A stretch of 35,861 nt of DNA from Pseudonocardiaceae bacterium (GCA_046263115.1 JBHELN010000112.1:1-35861), one strand, 5' to 3'. Shown: positions 1 to 8,600, counted from the stretch's first letter. Numbers and translations: made by a program. The notes: generated by a model not told the origin, from the sequence alone.

Positions 1-266
1 CGTGTTCTGCAGCGCCGGTCGCCGCGGGCTGCAACTCGAGCTGGCTCCCGACGAACTGGTTCGAGCGACGAAGGCGACCGTGGCTCCGATCGCAACCACC
101 TCGGGAGCGCTCCCACAGTGCTCCAGCGCCTGAGTCGCCGCCCGCTGTCAGGTGCCCGGCGCGCGAGGAGGTGCACAGGCATCCATGAGACCGAAGACCG
201 CACGGGCCGGGATTCACGTGCCTGCTGGGCGGCCGCTGAAGAATGCGACATGGGCTGGGGCGGGAA

Positions 267-303
267 GGGCGACTGACAGGCATGGGGGGCGCTGACAAGG
301 CGT
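267..303. repeat. Two degenerate tandem units GGGCGACTGACAGGCAT / GGGGGGCGCTGACAAGGCGT abutting the hydrolase stop codon. Possible weak member of the GGCGCGACWCACCGGG repeat family.
   Basis: Direct reading of 267..283 and 284..303. Alignment to the 22-bp family unit needs 2-3 gaps and 2 mismatches, so membership is tentative. Confidence 0.3.
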
Positions 304-929
304 CAACCAGTGGGATCGGGTAAGGCACCCAACTGGCGCGCCAACCACCCCGCGACCGCGCCTTCCAGCGCTGCGAGATCCGCCTTGAGCGCGTGGTCCC
401 CCGGCACCAGCACGACCTCGCGGCCGGCAGCAGGCTCGGGACGGCCGAAGGGATCCCGCTCGCCCTGCACGACCAGCGCCGGCACGGTCACCCCGTCCAG
501 CTCGTCCATCCGGCTTCGATCCGGGCGCCCCGGGGGATGCACCGGAAACGCCAGAGACAGCACGGCTACGGCGCCGCCCGCTGCCGCGGTGCGGCAGGCC
601 ACCCTGGCCCCGGAGGAACGGCCCCCAAAGATCATGGGCAGGCCGGCGAATACCCCCTCCGCCAGGGACCGGCTGACCGCCAGCCACGCCTCGTCCAGCT
701 GACGTGCCGGGGCGGGGGCGCGCCGGCCCGCGACCCGGTAGGGCTGGGTGACCAGCGCCACGTGCACCCCGACCGCGGTCGCCGCCCTGGTGCCGGCCGC
801 GAGATCCGGCGCACCGATCGATCCGCCTGCGCCGTGGCCGAGCAGCAGCACGGCACGGCCCTGCTGCTCAGCACAATGCAGCTCGACGTGAGCTGATCCG
901 TGCGGCGTCGAAATGGTCAGCCCGGTCAC
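303..929 (-). CDS. alpha/beta-fold hydrolase (predicted esterase / dienelactone-hydrolase-like)
   Basis: 208-aa ORF with an HGAGG motif, nucleophile elbow G-R-S-S-G (FGGRSSGARVA) and a C-terminal GDHAL. GTG start at 929..927 overlaps the upstream SRAP stop (928..926) in a GTGA 4-nt coupling. Confidence 0.7.
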   Translation of the reverse strand: MTGLTISTPHGSAHVELHCAEQQGRAVLLLGHGAGGSIGAPDLAAGTRAATAVGVHVALVTQPYRVAGRRAPAPARQLDEAWLAVSRSLAEGVFAGLPMIFGGRSSGARVACRTAAAGGAVAVLSLAFPVHPPGRPDRSRMDELDGVTVPALVVQGERDPFGRPEPAAGREVVLVPGDHALKADLAALEGAVAGWLARQLGALPDPTG

Positions 930-1681
930 CGGACCTGATCCAGGTTCAACAGCGCAGGCTGCTCCGGCTCCAGACGTTCGATGAGCTCAGGGCCGCCGTG
1001 GCGGACGTCGTTGACGGCCGTGGAGACCGGCCGCAGCTCCAGCGCCTGCACCAACTGCTCTGATGGCGGGTCGAGCAGTCCGCGGACATCGTCAGAATCG
1101 GGATCCAGCCAGGCCTGCCACGACTGCGCGGGCAGAATCAGCGGCATCCGGTCGTGGATCTCGCGCAGCGGCCCCACCGCCTCGGTGGTCAGCACCGCGC
1201 AGGTCACCAGCGGCGAAGCGGCGGCATCCGGACCACGCCAGGTGGACCACAAGCCGGCCAGGGCGAGCGGCGAGCCATCCGCCGGGGTGATGAAGAACGG
1301 CTGCCTGCGCTCACCCGAACGTTGCCACTCGTACCAGCCATCAGCCGGTAGCAGGCAACGCCGCCGCGCCACCGCGTCACGGAAGGCGGGCTTGCCAGCC
1401 GCGCTCTCGGCCCGGGCATTGATCAGCCGGGACCCGATTCCGGGATCCTTGGCCCAGTGCGGCACCAGTCCCCAGCGCATTACTCGGATGCTGCGCACCG
1501 TGCGATCCGGGTCAGGAGTTCCGTCGGAGTCGCGGGGATGGCGGGTCACCACTGACAGTACTGGCTTGGTGGACGCGACGTTGTAGGCCGCTGTGGGCGC
1601 GCCATCGTCGGTGGCGTCGACGGCGTCGAAGTCGACGGCCAACGTGGCGGGATTCCTCGTCGAGGCGTACCTGCCGCACAT
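926..1681 (-). CDS. SOS-response-associated peptidase (SRAP / YedK / HMCES family)
   Basis: ORF-track frame 926..2380 trimmed to ATG 1681..1679, which gives the family-typical N-terminus MCGRY (catalytic Cys2). Also RWGLVPHWAKD, INARAES, ADGWYEW and HDRMPLIL. The 233 upstream codons run antisense through aroA and have junk composition. Confidence 0.85.
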   Translation of the reverse strand: MCGRYASTRNPATLAVDFDAVDATDDGAPTAAYNVASTKPVLSVVTRHPRDSDGTPDPDRTVRSIRVMRWGLVPHWAKDPGIGSRLINARAESAAGKPAFRDAVARRRCLLPADGWYEWQRSGERRQPFFITPADGSPLALAGLWSTWRGPDAAASPLVTCAVLTTEAVGPLREIHDRMPLILPAQSWQAWLDPDSDDVRGLLDPPSEQLVQALELRPVSTAVNDVRHGGPELIERLEPEQPALLNLDQVR

Positions 1682-1721
1682 AGCCCCATCGTGACATGAC
1701 CGGCTGCGCAATGATGGCGCC

Positions 1722-3023
1722 ATGACCATTTCGACCCAGCTACCGTGGGCCGCGCCGCTGGCGACGGGCCCGGTGCGGGCCACTGTCACCGTGCCGGGAT
1801 CGAAGTCGATCACCAACCGGGCGCTGTTGCTCACCGCGCTGGCCGGTACCGGTGGCACCATCCGGCGAGCGCTACGCAGCCGGGACACCGATCTGATGAC
1901 CGGCGCGCTGCGGGCCCTGGGCGTGCCGGTGACCAGCCGTGACAGTTGCGGCACTGAGCTGCACGTCGCGGCGCACGGCGGGCTGCGCGGGCCCGCGCTG
2001 GTGGATTGCGGGCTGGCCGGCACTGTGATGCGTTTCGTGCCGCCGCTGGCCGCGTTGGCTGATGGCCCGGTTCGCTTCGACGGCGACGAGCAGGCCCGGC
2101 AGCGGCCGATGGGCGCGGTGCTGGGCGCACTGCGGGCACTGGGTTGCCGGGTCGAGGGGGACTCGTTGCCCTTCATGCTGCACGGCACCGGCCGGGTGCC
2201 GGGTGGTGTGGTGGGCATCGATGCGTCGGGTTCCTCGCAGTTCGTTTCCGGATTGCTGCTGTCCGCCGCGAGGTACGACGCCGGGATCCTGGTTCGGCAT
2301 GACGGCCCACCGGTGCCATCCCGGCCGCACATCGAGATGACCGTGCAGATGCTCGCGGAGCGTGGCGTCGAGATCTGCACCGACGGGGCGACCTGGTGGG
2401 AGGTGGCGCCTGGCGCCGTCGCCGGCGGCGACTACGACGTGGAGCCGGACCTGTCCAATGCGACGGTGTTCCTGGCGGCGGCCGCGGTCACCGGCGGGCA
2501 GGTCACCGTGCCGGGCTGGCCACGGCACACCACCCAGGCCGGCGACGCGATCCGCCCGCTGCTGGTGCAGATGGGGTGCACCGTAGAGCTGCATGACCAC
2601 GGGCTGACCGTGTCAGGTCCCGACCGGCTCGATGGGCTCGACGCCGATCTGCATGACGTCGGGGAGCTGACTCCGACCGTCGCGGCACTTGCAGCGCTGG
2701 CTGCAACGCCGTCGCGGCTGAGCGGCATCGCCCACCTGCGCGGGCACGAGACCGACCGGCTGGCCGCACTGGCCACCGAGATCGGCGCGCTGGGCGGCGA
2801 CATCCGGGAGATCCCCGACGGTCTGGAGATCTGTCCCCGGCCGTTGCGCGGGGACCCCGCCCGTCCCTGGGGCGCCTACGCCGATCACCGGATGGCCACC
2901 GCAGGCGCGATCCTAGGTCTGGTGGTCCCGGGGATTGCTGTCGACGACATCGCGGCGACGACCAAGACGCTGCCGGAGTTCCCGGCACGTTGGGCCACGA
3001 TGCTGGCGGGTGGTGACGGCTGA
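1722..3023 (+). CDS. aroA: 3-phosphoshikimate 1-carboxyvinyltransferase (EPSP synthase)
   Basis: 433 aa with [38 protein letters not shown] and [13 protein letters not shown]. Divergent from the SRAP gene with only 40 bp between the start codons. Confidence 0.95.
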   Translation: MTISTQLPWAAPLATGPVRATVTVPGSKSITNRALLLTALAGTGGTIRRALRSRDTDLMTGALRALGVPVTSRDSCGTELHVAAHGGLRGPALVDCGLAGTVMRFVPPLAALADGPVRFDGDEQARQRPMGAVLGALRALGCRVEGDSLPFMLHGTGRVPGGVVGIDASGSSQFVSGLLLSAARYDAGILVRHDGPPVPSRPHIEMTVQMLAERGVEICTDGATWWEVAPGAVAGGDYDVEPDLSNATVFLAAAAVTGGQVTVPGWPRHTTQAGDAIRPLLVQMGCTVELHDHGLTVSGPDRLDGLDADLHDVGELTPTVAALAALAATPSRLSGIAHLRGHETDRLAALATEIGALGGDIREIPDGLEICPRPLRGDPARPWGAYADHRMATAGAILGLVVPGIAVDDIAATTKTLPEFPARWATMLAGGDG

Positions 3024-3151
3024 ACCGGCCGGGCAGCGCCCCCCGGCGCGCTCACAGTCTCGACGAATCCGACGTTCGAGTCCGGCCCGGGCGCAGCGGT
3101 TCGCGTCCTCGTACCAAGCGCCGTCCCGAGCATGCGGACGCGGCGGCCGCG

Positions 3152-4030
3152 ATGGTGGTGGCGGTGGATCGCGGCCGGTGGACCTGCGCGCCCGGGGGTG
3201 ATCCGACCATCCGGGTGACCGCGATGCGGGCCCGTGAGCTCGGGCGAACCCCGGTGGTGGTGGGTGACCGGGTAGGGCTGGTCGGCGACGTCAGCGGCGC
3301 ACCGGACGGGCTCGCCCGGATCATCCGCGTCGAGGAGCGGACCAGCGTGCTGCGCCGCACGGCCGACGACACCGACCCCTACGAGCGGATCGTGGTGGCC
3401 AACGCCGAGCAGCTGCTGATCGTGGCCTCATTGGCCGACCCACCGCCCCGCTTCGGGCTCATCGACCGATGCCTGGTGGCCGGCTACGCCGGTGGCCTGG
3501 AGCCGGTGCTCTGCCTGACGAAACGGGATCTCGCCGCGCCGGACGCGGTGCTGGAGCGGTACGCGGCGCTGGAGTTGCCGGTACTGGTGACCAGCCCGCA
3601 GATCGGGGTGGAGCCGGTGCGAGCGCGGCTGGCGGGCCGGGTCTCGGCGCTGGTCGGGCACTCCGGCGTGGGCAAATCGACGTTGGTGAACCGGCTGGTA
3701 CCGGACGCGTTCCGGGCCACCGCTGCGGTCAGCGGGGTGGGCAAGGGACGGCACACCTCGAGCTCGGCGGTGGCGCTGCCGCTACCGGGCGGCGGGTGGG
3801 TGGTGGACACGCCGGGAATCCGCTCCTTCGGGCTGGCGCACGTGACACCGAACGACGTGGTCCGCGCCTTCGGCGATCTGGCCGAGGCCATCGCTGACTG
3901 TCCTCGCGGCTGCACCCATCTCGGGCCGCCCGCGGACCCGGAATGCGCGCTGGACGAACTCGCCGGGGCCGCCCACCGCCGGGCGATGTCCGTGCGGCGC
4001 CTGCTCGCCGCGCTCGCCGAGTCGGGTTGA
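3152..4030 (+). CDS. rsgA: ribosome small-subunit-dependent GTPase A. This is the minimum CDS from the first canonical start; it probably extends upstream to CTG 3020.
   Basis: Circularly permuted GTPase motifs: LTKRDL, GHSGVGKSTLVNRL, DTPGIRSFG. C-terminal zinc knuckle CPRGCTHLGPPADPEC. The in-frame upstream stretch 3017..3151 encodes DESDVRVRPGR..RPRTK..RPEH, which resembles conserved actinobacterial RsgA N-termini. Confidence 0.9.
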   Translation: MVVAVDRGRWTCAPGGDPTIRVTAMRARELGRTPVVVGDRVGLVGDVSGAPDGLARIIRVEERTSVLRRTADDTDPYERIVVANAEQLLIVASLADPPPRFGLIDRCLVAGYAGGLEPVLCLTKRDLAAPDAVLERYAALELPVLVTSPQIGVEPVRARLAGRVSALVGHSGVGKSTLVNRLVPDAFRATAAVSGVGKGRHTSSSAVALPLPGGGWVVDTPGIRSFGLAHVTPNDVVRAFGDLAEAIADCPRGCTHLGPPADPECALDELAGAAHRRAMSVRRLLAALAESG

Positions 4031-4059
4031 TCTGCCCACCCGGTAACTGGCACCGTCAG

Positions 4060-4569
4060 GTGGTGCTCGTCGATGTGACCGTCACCTACTTGGAGATGAC
4101 TTCGGCTGACCAGCTCGTCACGGGAATGTTACCGCCGGCGGAGATCGTGCTCGACCGCGTCGACGCGACCACGCTGGCACTGATCCGGTCGACCCACGAC
4201 CGCATCGCCGCACCGCACCATTGGTCGAGCCTGGGATGGTCCGAACAACAGTGGTTGAACCTGCTGGCCCGCCCGGGGATGCGGTGCTGGATCGCTCGGG
4301 TTGGTGCAGAGGTCATCGGCATGATCCTGATGGACAGGCATGCGGGGGGCGATGTCGAGATCACCAAGTTCGGGTTGGTGCCCGAATGGGTCGGTCGGGG
4401 ATTCGGTGGCCACCTCCTTACTCTGGCCACCAGGCTGGCTTGGGACCTCGGTAAGGTCGACCGGGTCTGGCTGGGCACCACCTCTATCGACCACCCGCAT
4501 GCCCTGAGCAACTACCGCGGCCGCGGGTTTCGCCCGTTTCGCATCGAGCACACGCCGCGGCAGGTCTAG
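4060..4569 (+). CDS. GNAT family N-acetyltransferase
   Basis: ORF frame 3943..4569 trimmed to lie past the rsgA stop (4030). Motif A-like VPEWVGRGFGGHLL and the TYLEM N-terminal strand typical of this GNAT subgroup. Start is ambiguous among GTG 4060, 4063 and 4075. Confidence 0.7.
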   Translation: MVLVDVTVTYLEMTSADQLVTGMLPPAEIVLDRVDATTLALIRSTHDRIAAPHHWSSLGWSEQQWLNLLARPGMRCWIARVGAEVIGMILMDRHAGGDVEITKFGLVPEWVGRGFGGHLLTLATRLAWDLGKVDRVWLGTTSIDHPHALSNYRGRGFRPFRIEHTPRQV

Positions 4570-6201
4570 TTATGCGGTCATGTGCGGGTAGGTGTGGTTG
4601 CTCGGTGGGTCGAAGGTCTCCTTGATGGCCTGGGGACTGGTCCAGCGCAGCAAATTGATCAGCGAGCCGGCCTTGTCGTTGGTTCCCGAGGCGCGGGACC
4701 CGCCGAAAGGCTGGCGACCCACGACCGCGCCGGTCGGCTTGTCGTTGACGTAAAAATTGCCTGCGGTGAAGCGCAGCGTTTGCTGCGCCTGCACTATCGC
4801 CTGCCGCTCGGTGGCGAAGACCGCGCCGGTCAGCGCGTACGGGCCGGTGGACTCAACCAGGTCGAGGATCGCCGGGTAGTCGCCGTCGGGGTAGACGTGT
4901 ACCGCAAGGATGGGCCCGAAGTACTCCGTGGTGAACACCTCGTGTTTGGGATCACCGCCGAGCAGCACGGTGGGCTGCACGAACCAGCCCTGCGAGTCGT
5001 CGCAGCCGCCACCGGCGAGAATCTCGATCGATGGATCGGTGGCAACTCGGGCTAGCAGATCGCGGTGCTTGGCGAAGGCTCGGGCATTGATCACCGCGCC
5101 GCCGAAGTTCGACAGATCTGCCACGTCGCCGTAGCTGATCGTCCGGGTGGTGCCGGCGAGCTGTTCTCGCAGGCCGCTATCCCACAGGGAGCGGGCGAGG
5201 TACGCCCGGGAGACCGCGGAGCACTTCTGGCCCTGGTATTCGAACGCGCCCCGCACCAGCGCGGTGGTCACTGCGGCGGGGACGGCTGAGGGATGCGCTA
5301 CCAGGTAGTTCTTACCTCCGGTCTCCCCCACGATGCGTGGGTAGCTGCGGTAGCCGTCCAGATGATCGGCGATGGTGCGCCAGAGCGTCTTGAACGTTGT
5401 GGTCGACCCGGTGAAATGCAACCCGGCGAAATCCGGGTCTGCCAGTGCGACCTCGCTGACCGCGGCGCCGTCACCGGTCACCAGGTTGATCACCCCGGGC
5501 GGCAGCCCGGCGGCCTCGAGCAGCCGCATCGTGTAGTGCGCGGCAAGCTGCTGGGTGGGGGTAGGTTTCCACACCACCGTGTTGCCCATCAGCGCAGGCG
5601 CGGTCGGCAGGTTTGCGGCGATCGCGGTGAAGTTGAACGGGGTGATCGCGGTTACGAACCCGTCCAGCGGGCGGTAGTCCATCCGGTTCCACTCGCCGGG
5701 CACCGAACTCGGCTGCTCTTCGAGGACCCGGCGGGCGTAGTGCACGTTGAACCGCCAGAAGTCGATCAGCTCGCAGGCCGCGTCGATTTCGGCCTGCTGC
5801 ACGGACTTCGACTGGCCGAGCATCGTGGCGGCGTTGAGCGTGTCACGCCACGGGCCGGCCGCGAGGTCGGCGGCGCGCAGCAGGATCGCCGCCCGCTCGT
5901 CGAAGGGCAGATAGTGCCAGGCTGGGGCGGCCTGCATCGCGGCGCGGACGGCGTCGGCGACGTCCGTAGCGCTGGCCTGCGCGCTGGTACCCAGCACGTG
6001 GGCGTGCTGGTGCGGGGTGACCACGTTGAATGGCTGCCCTGCGGCCATTCGCTGTACCCCACCGATCGTCATGGCCAGCTCGGCCCGCTGGTCAGCCAAC
6101 TCGGCGAGCATCCGGACCAGTGACTCCCGTTGCGGCGTGCGCGGAGCGTAGCTGCGCACCGGCTCGTTGCGCGGGGCCGGCGCGGCCGTGATCGCGTCCA
6201 T
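4570..6201 (-). CDS. pruA: L-glutamate gamma-semialdehyde (1-pyrroline-5-carboxylate) dehydrogenase
   Basis: 543 aa aldehyde dehydrogenase with FTGSTTTFK, VGETGGKNY and catalytic-Cys loop YQGQKCSAVSR. Its stop (4570..4572) directly abuts the stop of the convergent GNAT gene (4567..4569). Confidence 0.9.
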   Translation of the reverse strand: MDAITAAPAPRNEPVRSYAPRTPQRESLVRMLAELADQRAELAMTIGGVQRMAAGQPFNVVTPHQHAHVLGTSAQASATDVADAVRAAMQAAPAWHYLPFDERAAILLRAADLAAGPWRDTLNAATMLGQSKSVQQAEIDAACELIDFWRFNVHYARRVLEEQPSSVPGEWNRMDYRPLDGFVTAITPFNFTAIAANLPTAPALMGNTVVWKPTPTQQLAAHYTMRLLEAAGLPPGVINLVTGDGAAVSEVALADPDFAGLHFTGSTTTFKTLWRTIADHLDGYRSYPRIVGETGGKNYLVAHPSAVPAAVTTALVRGAFEYQGQKCSAVSRAYLARSLWDSGLREQLAGTTRTISYGDVADLSNFGGAVINARAFAKHRDLLARVATDPSIEILAGGGCDDSQGWFVQPTVLLGGDPKHEVFTTEYFGPILAVHVYPDGDYPAILDLVESTGPYALTGAVFATERQAIVQAQQTLRFTAGNFYVNDKPTGAVVGRQPFGGSRASGTNDKAGSLINLLRWTSPQAIKETFDPPSNHTYPHMTA

Positions 6202-6228
6202 CAGGACTCGCCCTCCCTTCCCGTCTGC

Positions 6229-6350
6229 CCGGCGTGTCGGGCTCTCCGTCCCAGTGTGTCGCGCCCTGGCGTCCGGTGTGTCGCGTCCCGGTGTCCGGTG
6301 CGTCGTGCCGTGGCGTCCGCTGTGTCGTACCCGGTGCCTGGCGACACGCC
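6229..6350. repeat. Degenerate tandem array (about 5-6 units, 22-bp phase) of the GGCGCGACACACCGG family, with one inverted terminal unit.
   Basis: GTGTC at 6234, 6256, 6278, 6291 and 6322 on the + strand, with the first three spaced exactly 22 bp. GACAC at 6343 is in the opposite orientation. The reverse complement of 6250..6266 is GGGCGCGACACACTGGG. Lies between the hypothetical gene stop (6370) and the pruA start (6201). Confidence 0.8.
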
Positions 6351-6369
6351 GAGGAGGACCGCGCGTTGT

Positions 6370-6873
6370 TCAGAGAAGTTCAAGCAGGAAAGGGATCTCA
6401 TGAGTGGCGTACCAGGCCATCTCGTGGTCCTCTGCGTCGCCGAGCGCGAACTCGGCGTCCGGATCGCCGAGGTCGGCCGCGTCCACCACTGCCGCCGCGG
6501 CGCGTACCGCGTCCTCCGCCTCGGCCAGATCGACATGCACGGCGGCGACCGCAGACAGCGGTACCGGGCCACCAACCGTGACCGCGGCATCGTCCAGGTC
6601 AGCGCGCAACCGGGTCCGCTCGACGTCGGCGGCCACGACCACGCGCCGCGGGAGCACCGCCGAATCACCGTCCAGCTCGGCGGCCAGCAGCCGCAGGGAC
6701 GCCCGGGCCGCGTGGTTCATCGCCGCATACTCCAGTTGCTCGGTGTCCCCGGCTGCGTAGGATTCACGAAGCATCGGGGTGACGGCAAAAGCGGTGCCGG
6801 CAACCGGGAGCAGTTCCCCGGATTCGACGAGGCTGCGCAGCGTCGCGAGTGTGGCAGGGATGTAGACCCTCAT
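6370..6873 (-). CDS. conserved acidic hypothetical protein (actinobacterial MRVYIPATL... type)
   Basis: ORF 6370..6903. I prefer ATG 6873 because homologues, as I remember them, begin MRVY(I/V)PAT. ATG 6903 and GTG 6888 are alternatives. Asp/Ala-rich with high GC3, and no catalytic motif recognised. Confidence 0.6.
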   Translation of the reverse strand: MRVYIPATLATLRSLVESGELLPVAGTAFAVTPMLRESYAAGDTEQLEYAAMNHAARASLRLLAAELDGDSAVLPRRVVVAADVERTRLRADLDDAAVTVGGPVPLSAVAAVHVDLAEAEDAVRAAAAVVDAADLGDPDAEFALGDAEDHEMAWYATHEIPFLLELL

Positions 6874-7013
6874 CGTCGAACTATCCACACTTCCCGAGAT
6901 CATGGCCCGTACCTGGCCAAATGCACTTTATCGGAGTGCGGCGACCGGCTGTAAGTCGGTCAGGACTCGGGCGCAGCAGCGGTACCGGGCCGACGCCGCC
7001 TTACCCTGAGTGC

Positions 7014-7871
7014 GTGCCCCCTCCCGACGATCAGCTCGGCGGTCCCGCCAGCCAGCCGGCTGCGAGTCCACGAGACGTTTTCATCACCGTCTACGGCCGC
7101 AAACCGGTGCTGGAGGTACTGATCGACCCGGCGCTGACCATCGACAAGGTGGTGGTGGCCGTCCAGGCCCGTGGCGACACCGTGGCGGAAATCCTCGATG
7201 CTGCGGCGCGCCGGCGAGTACCGGTGCAGCGGGCGTCGGCGCACCGGGTGAAGGTGCTCGCCGGCAACGGTCGGCACGACCAAGGAGTGCTGGCCGACGT
7301 GGTGGCGCCGCGGATGCGGTCACTGGACAGCGCGCTGAAGGCACTAGGTAGCCCGGCCGCGGTACTCCTCCTCGACGCGATCACCAACCCGGCCAACGTG
7401 GGCATGATCCTGCGCACGGCGACCGCCGCGGGGTTCGACGGCGTGGTGTTGCCGCGCCGGGGGGTGCCGGCTATCGATCCCTTGGTGATCAAGGCGTCGG
7501 CGGGGGTGGCGTTTCACGCCCCGGTACTGCGCACCGCCACCGCGGAGCGGGGCTGCGCCACGCTACGCGCTGCCGGGTTCGCGGTACTCGGGCTGTCCGC
7601 GTCAGCGCGAGGCGCCCGCTCGCTGTTCCGTGACCCACCGCCGCCGCGAGTGGCCTACGTGCTGGGCAACGAGAGCGCAGGCGTGTCGCCCGGCGTCGCC
7701 GCGCAGCTCACCGGCTGGGTCAGCATCCCGATGGAGGGCGACGTCGAGTCGCTCAATGTCGCCAGCGCCGCCGCGGTGGTGTGTTTCGAGTGGGCTCGTC
7801 GGCGCGCTGAAGGTTCGCACCGCGAACACCGCGGCCTGCACACCGCAAGGCGGCGTCAAATACCGAAGTGA
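7014..7871 (+). CDS. TrmH/SpoU family RNA 2'-O-methyltransferase
   Basis: SPOUT motifs NPANVGMILRTATAAGF, YVLGNESAGVS and IPMEGDVESLNVASAAAVV. ORF 6849..7871 trimmed to GTG 7014 because codons 6849..7013 have low GC3 and overlap the divergent gene. The start is uncertain. Confidence 0.8.
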   Translation: MPPPDDQLGGPASQPAASPRDVFITVYGRKPVLEVLIDPALTIDKVVVAVQARGDTVAEILDAAARRRVPVQRASAHRVKVLAGNGRHDQGVLADVVAPRMRSLDSALKALGSPAAVLLLDAITNPANVGMILRTATAAGFDGVVLPRRGVPAIDPLVIKASAGVAFHAPVLRTATAERGCATLRAAGFAVLGLSASARGARSLFRDPPPPRVAYVLGNESAGVSPGVAAQLTGWVSIPMEGDVESLNVASAAAVVCFEWARRRAEGSHREHRGLHTARRRQIPK

Positions 7872-7912
7872 GCCGGTGAGACGAAGATGTCCACCCGCCA
7901 GGGTGACAATTA

Positions 7913-7942
7913 CTGACAACTCTCCGCAACATCACGCATACT
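7913..7942 (+). promoter_or_regulatory. candidate sigma-70-type promoter for the Rv3235-like gene
   Basis: cTGACA (7913..7918), an 18-nt spacer, then CATACT (7937..7942), in a locally AT-richer patch. Pattern match only. Confidence 0.3.
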
Positions 7943-8081
7943 CAGTGCTACCAGATCGGAGCCCCACCTCCGTCCGGTACCCGCGGTCCCCGGTTTGATC
8001 AGGTGGACCGCACCTACGGCGTCTCCGGCCCAGCCGTCGATTGATCGCGCTCATGCGCGGTCCCCCGACGAGGAGGGTTCG

Positions 8082-8564
8082 TTGACGACCAGCATCGCTG
8101 AATCACATCCACAGCGATCGCAGCGTCCAGTGCTGCGCCGTTTGGTAGACATCCTGCCCGCTGCCGAACCGGTGACAGCCGAGCCACCGCCCGCCGGGGC
8201 ACCACTGGCCACCGACCCCGCCGCGCTAGTCCTGGCTGAGCGCGTCCTGCGCGCTGTGGTGGAGGTACTCCGCGGCCGGCGCCAAGCTCGCCAGCTGGCC
8301 ACCCTGGTGCGACCCGATGTCCTCGATTACCTGGTGTTACTTCAAGAAACCGCCGGGCACCTGCAACCCCGGGTGCGCAAAGTGGTCGCCCAGCAGCAGG
8401 CTGTCGATGCGCTGGAGGCGGTAGCGGTGGTCACGCTGAGTACCGGCGTTCGGGCGCTGGCCGCTCGCTTCGACAAGCACGGCGACGGGTGGCAGTGCAC
8501 CGCCCTGCAATTACGCCTCACCGCCGGCGACCTGGCAGTGCGCCGCCCGCATCGACCGCGCTGA
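8082..8564 (+). CDS. Rv3235-family conserved protein (commonly found next to secA in actinobacteria)
   Basis: ORF 7995..8564. The internal TTG 8082 is preceded by a strong SD, GAGGAGGG (8069..8077). The C-terminal half (VLRAVVEVLRGRRQARQL...VRALAARF...W) matches my memory of this family. The longer TTG 7995 start is not excluded. Confidence 0.6.
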   Translation: MTTSIAESHPQRSQRPVLRRLVDILPAAEPVTAEPPPAGAPLATDPAALVLAERVLRAVVEVLRGRRQARQLATLVRPDVLDYLVLLQETAGHLQPRVRKVVAQQQAVDALEAVAVVTLSTGVRALAARFDKHGDGWQCTALQLRLTAGDLAVRRPHRPR

Positions 8565-8600
8565 TCCGGCGTAGGGCGAAGCTGCCGGCATGCGCCCATA

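Noticed and set aside
1-133. Possible 3' end of a + strand CDS entering from the left (frame 2: ...GLQLELAPDELVRATKATVAPIATTSGALPQCSSA, TGA at 131..133)
   Set aside because: Only 44 codons are visible, there is no recognisable motif, and other frames are also open. This cannot be supported from the window alone.
1682-1721. Searched the 40-bp SRAP/aroA divergent gap for a LexA-type SOS box (GAAC-N4-GTTC) and for -10/-35 elements
   Set aside because: No GAAC/GTTC pair and no convincing TANNNT or TTGACA is present. The promoters must lie inside the flanking coding regions or the transcripts are leaderless. Nothing is supportable from sequence alone.
1682-2380. N-terminal 233-codon extension of the SRAP ORF. 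Analogous long 5' extensions exist for mtrB (17015..17230), mtrA (17715..17831), tmk (18407..18577), manA (22149..22319), fbiA (30319..30786) and fbiB (31590..31784).
   Set aside because: The extensions overlap neighbouring genes, lack homology-like sequence, and internal starts reproduce conserved N-termini ([23 protein letters not shown], etc.) with plausible SD spacing.
3071-3086. tRNA T-loop-like GTTCGAGTCC
   Set aside because: The flanking bases cannot form a T-stem or an acceptor stem. The sequence lies in the rsgA reading frame and encodes part of DESDVRVRPG.
5293-6123. 276-aa + strand ORF inside pruA, and similar shadow ORFs throughout (e.g. 214..687, 1872..2600, 16215..16910, 26508..27284)
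   Set aside because: All overlap confidently assigned genes in other frames or on the other strand, and have Arg/Pro/Gly-rich composition without motifs.
6317-6330. Resemblance of repeat cores (GACACAGCG on the minus strand at 6317..6330; GACACAGCT at 28405..28413) to the mycobacterial MtrA box, which I recall as GTCACAgcg; mtrA is in this window
   Set aside because: There is a one-base mismatch in the most specific part of a short motif, within a GC-rich background. Most units read GACACACC instead, and I cannot score significance without a genome-wide scan. It is mentioned only as something a motif scan could test.
6130-6954. ORFs crossing the repeat arrays that yield similar Cys/Arg/Val-rich peptides (e.g. 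6130..6954, 6167..6403, 6234..6581, 8342..8734, 8511..8798)
   Set aside because: The peptide similarity is a by-product of the DNA repeats. Units are 21/22/16 bp (not multiples of 3), so the frame drifts between units. There is no SD or start context.
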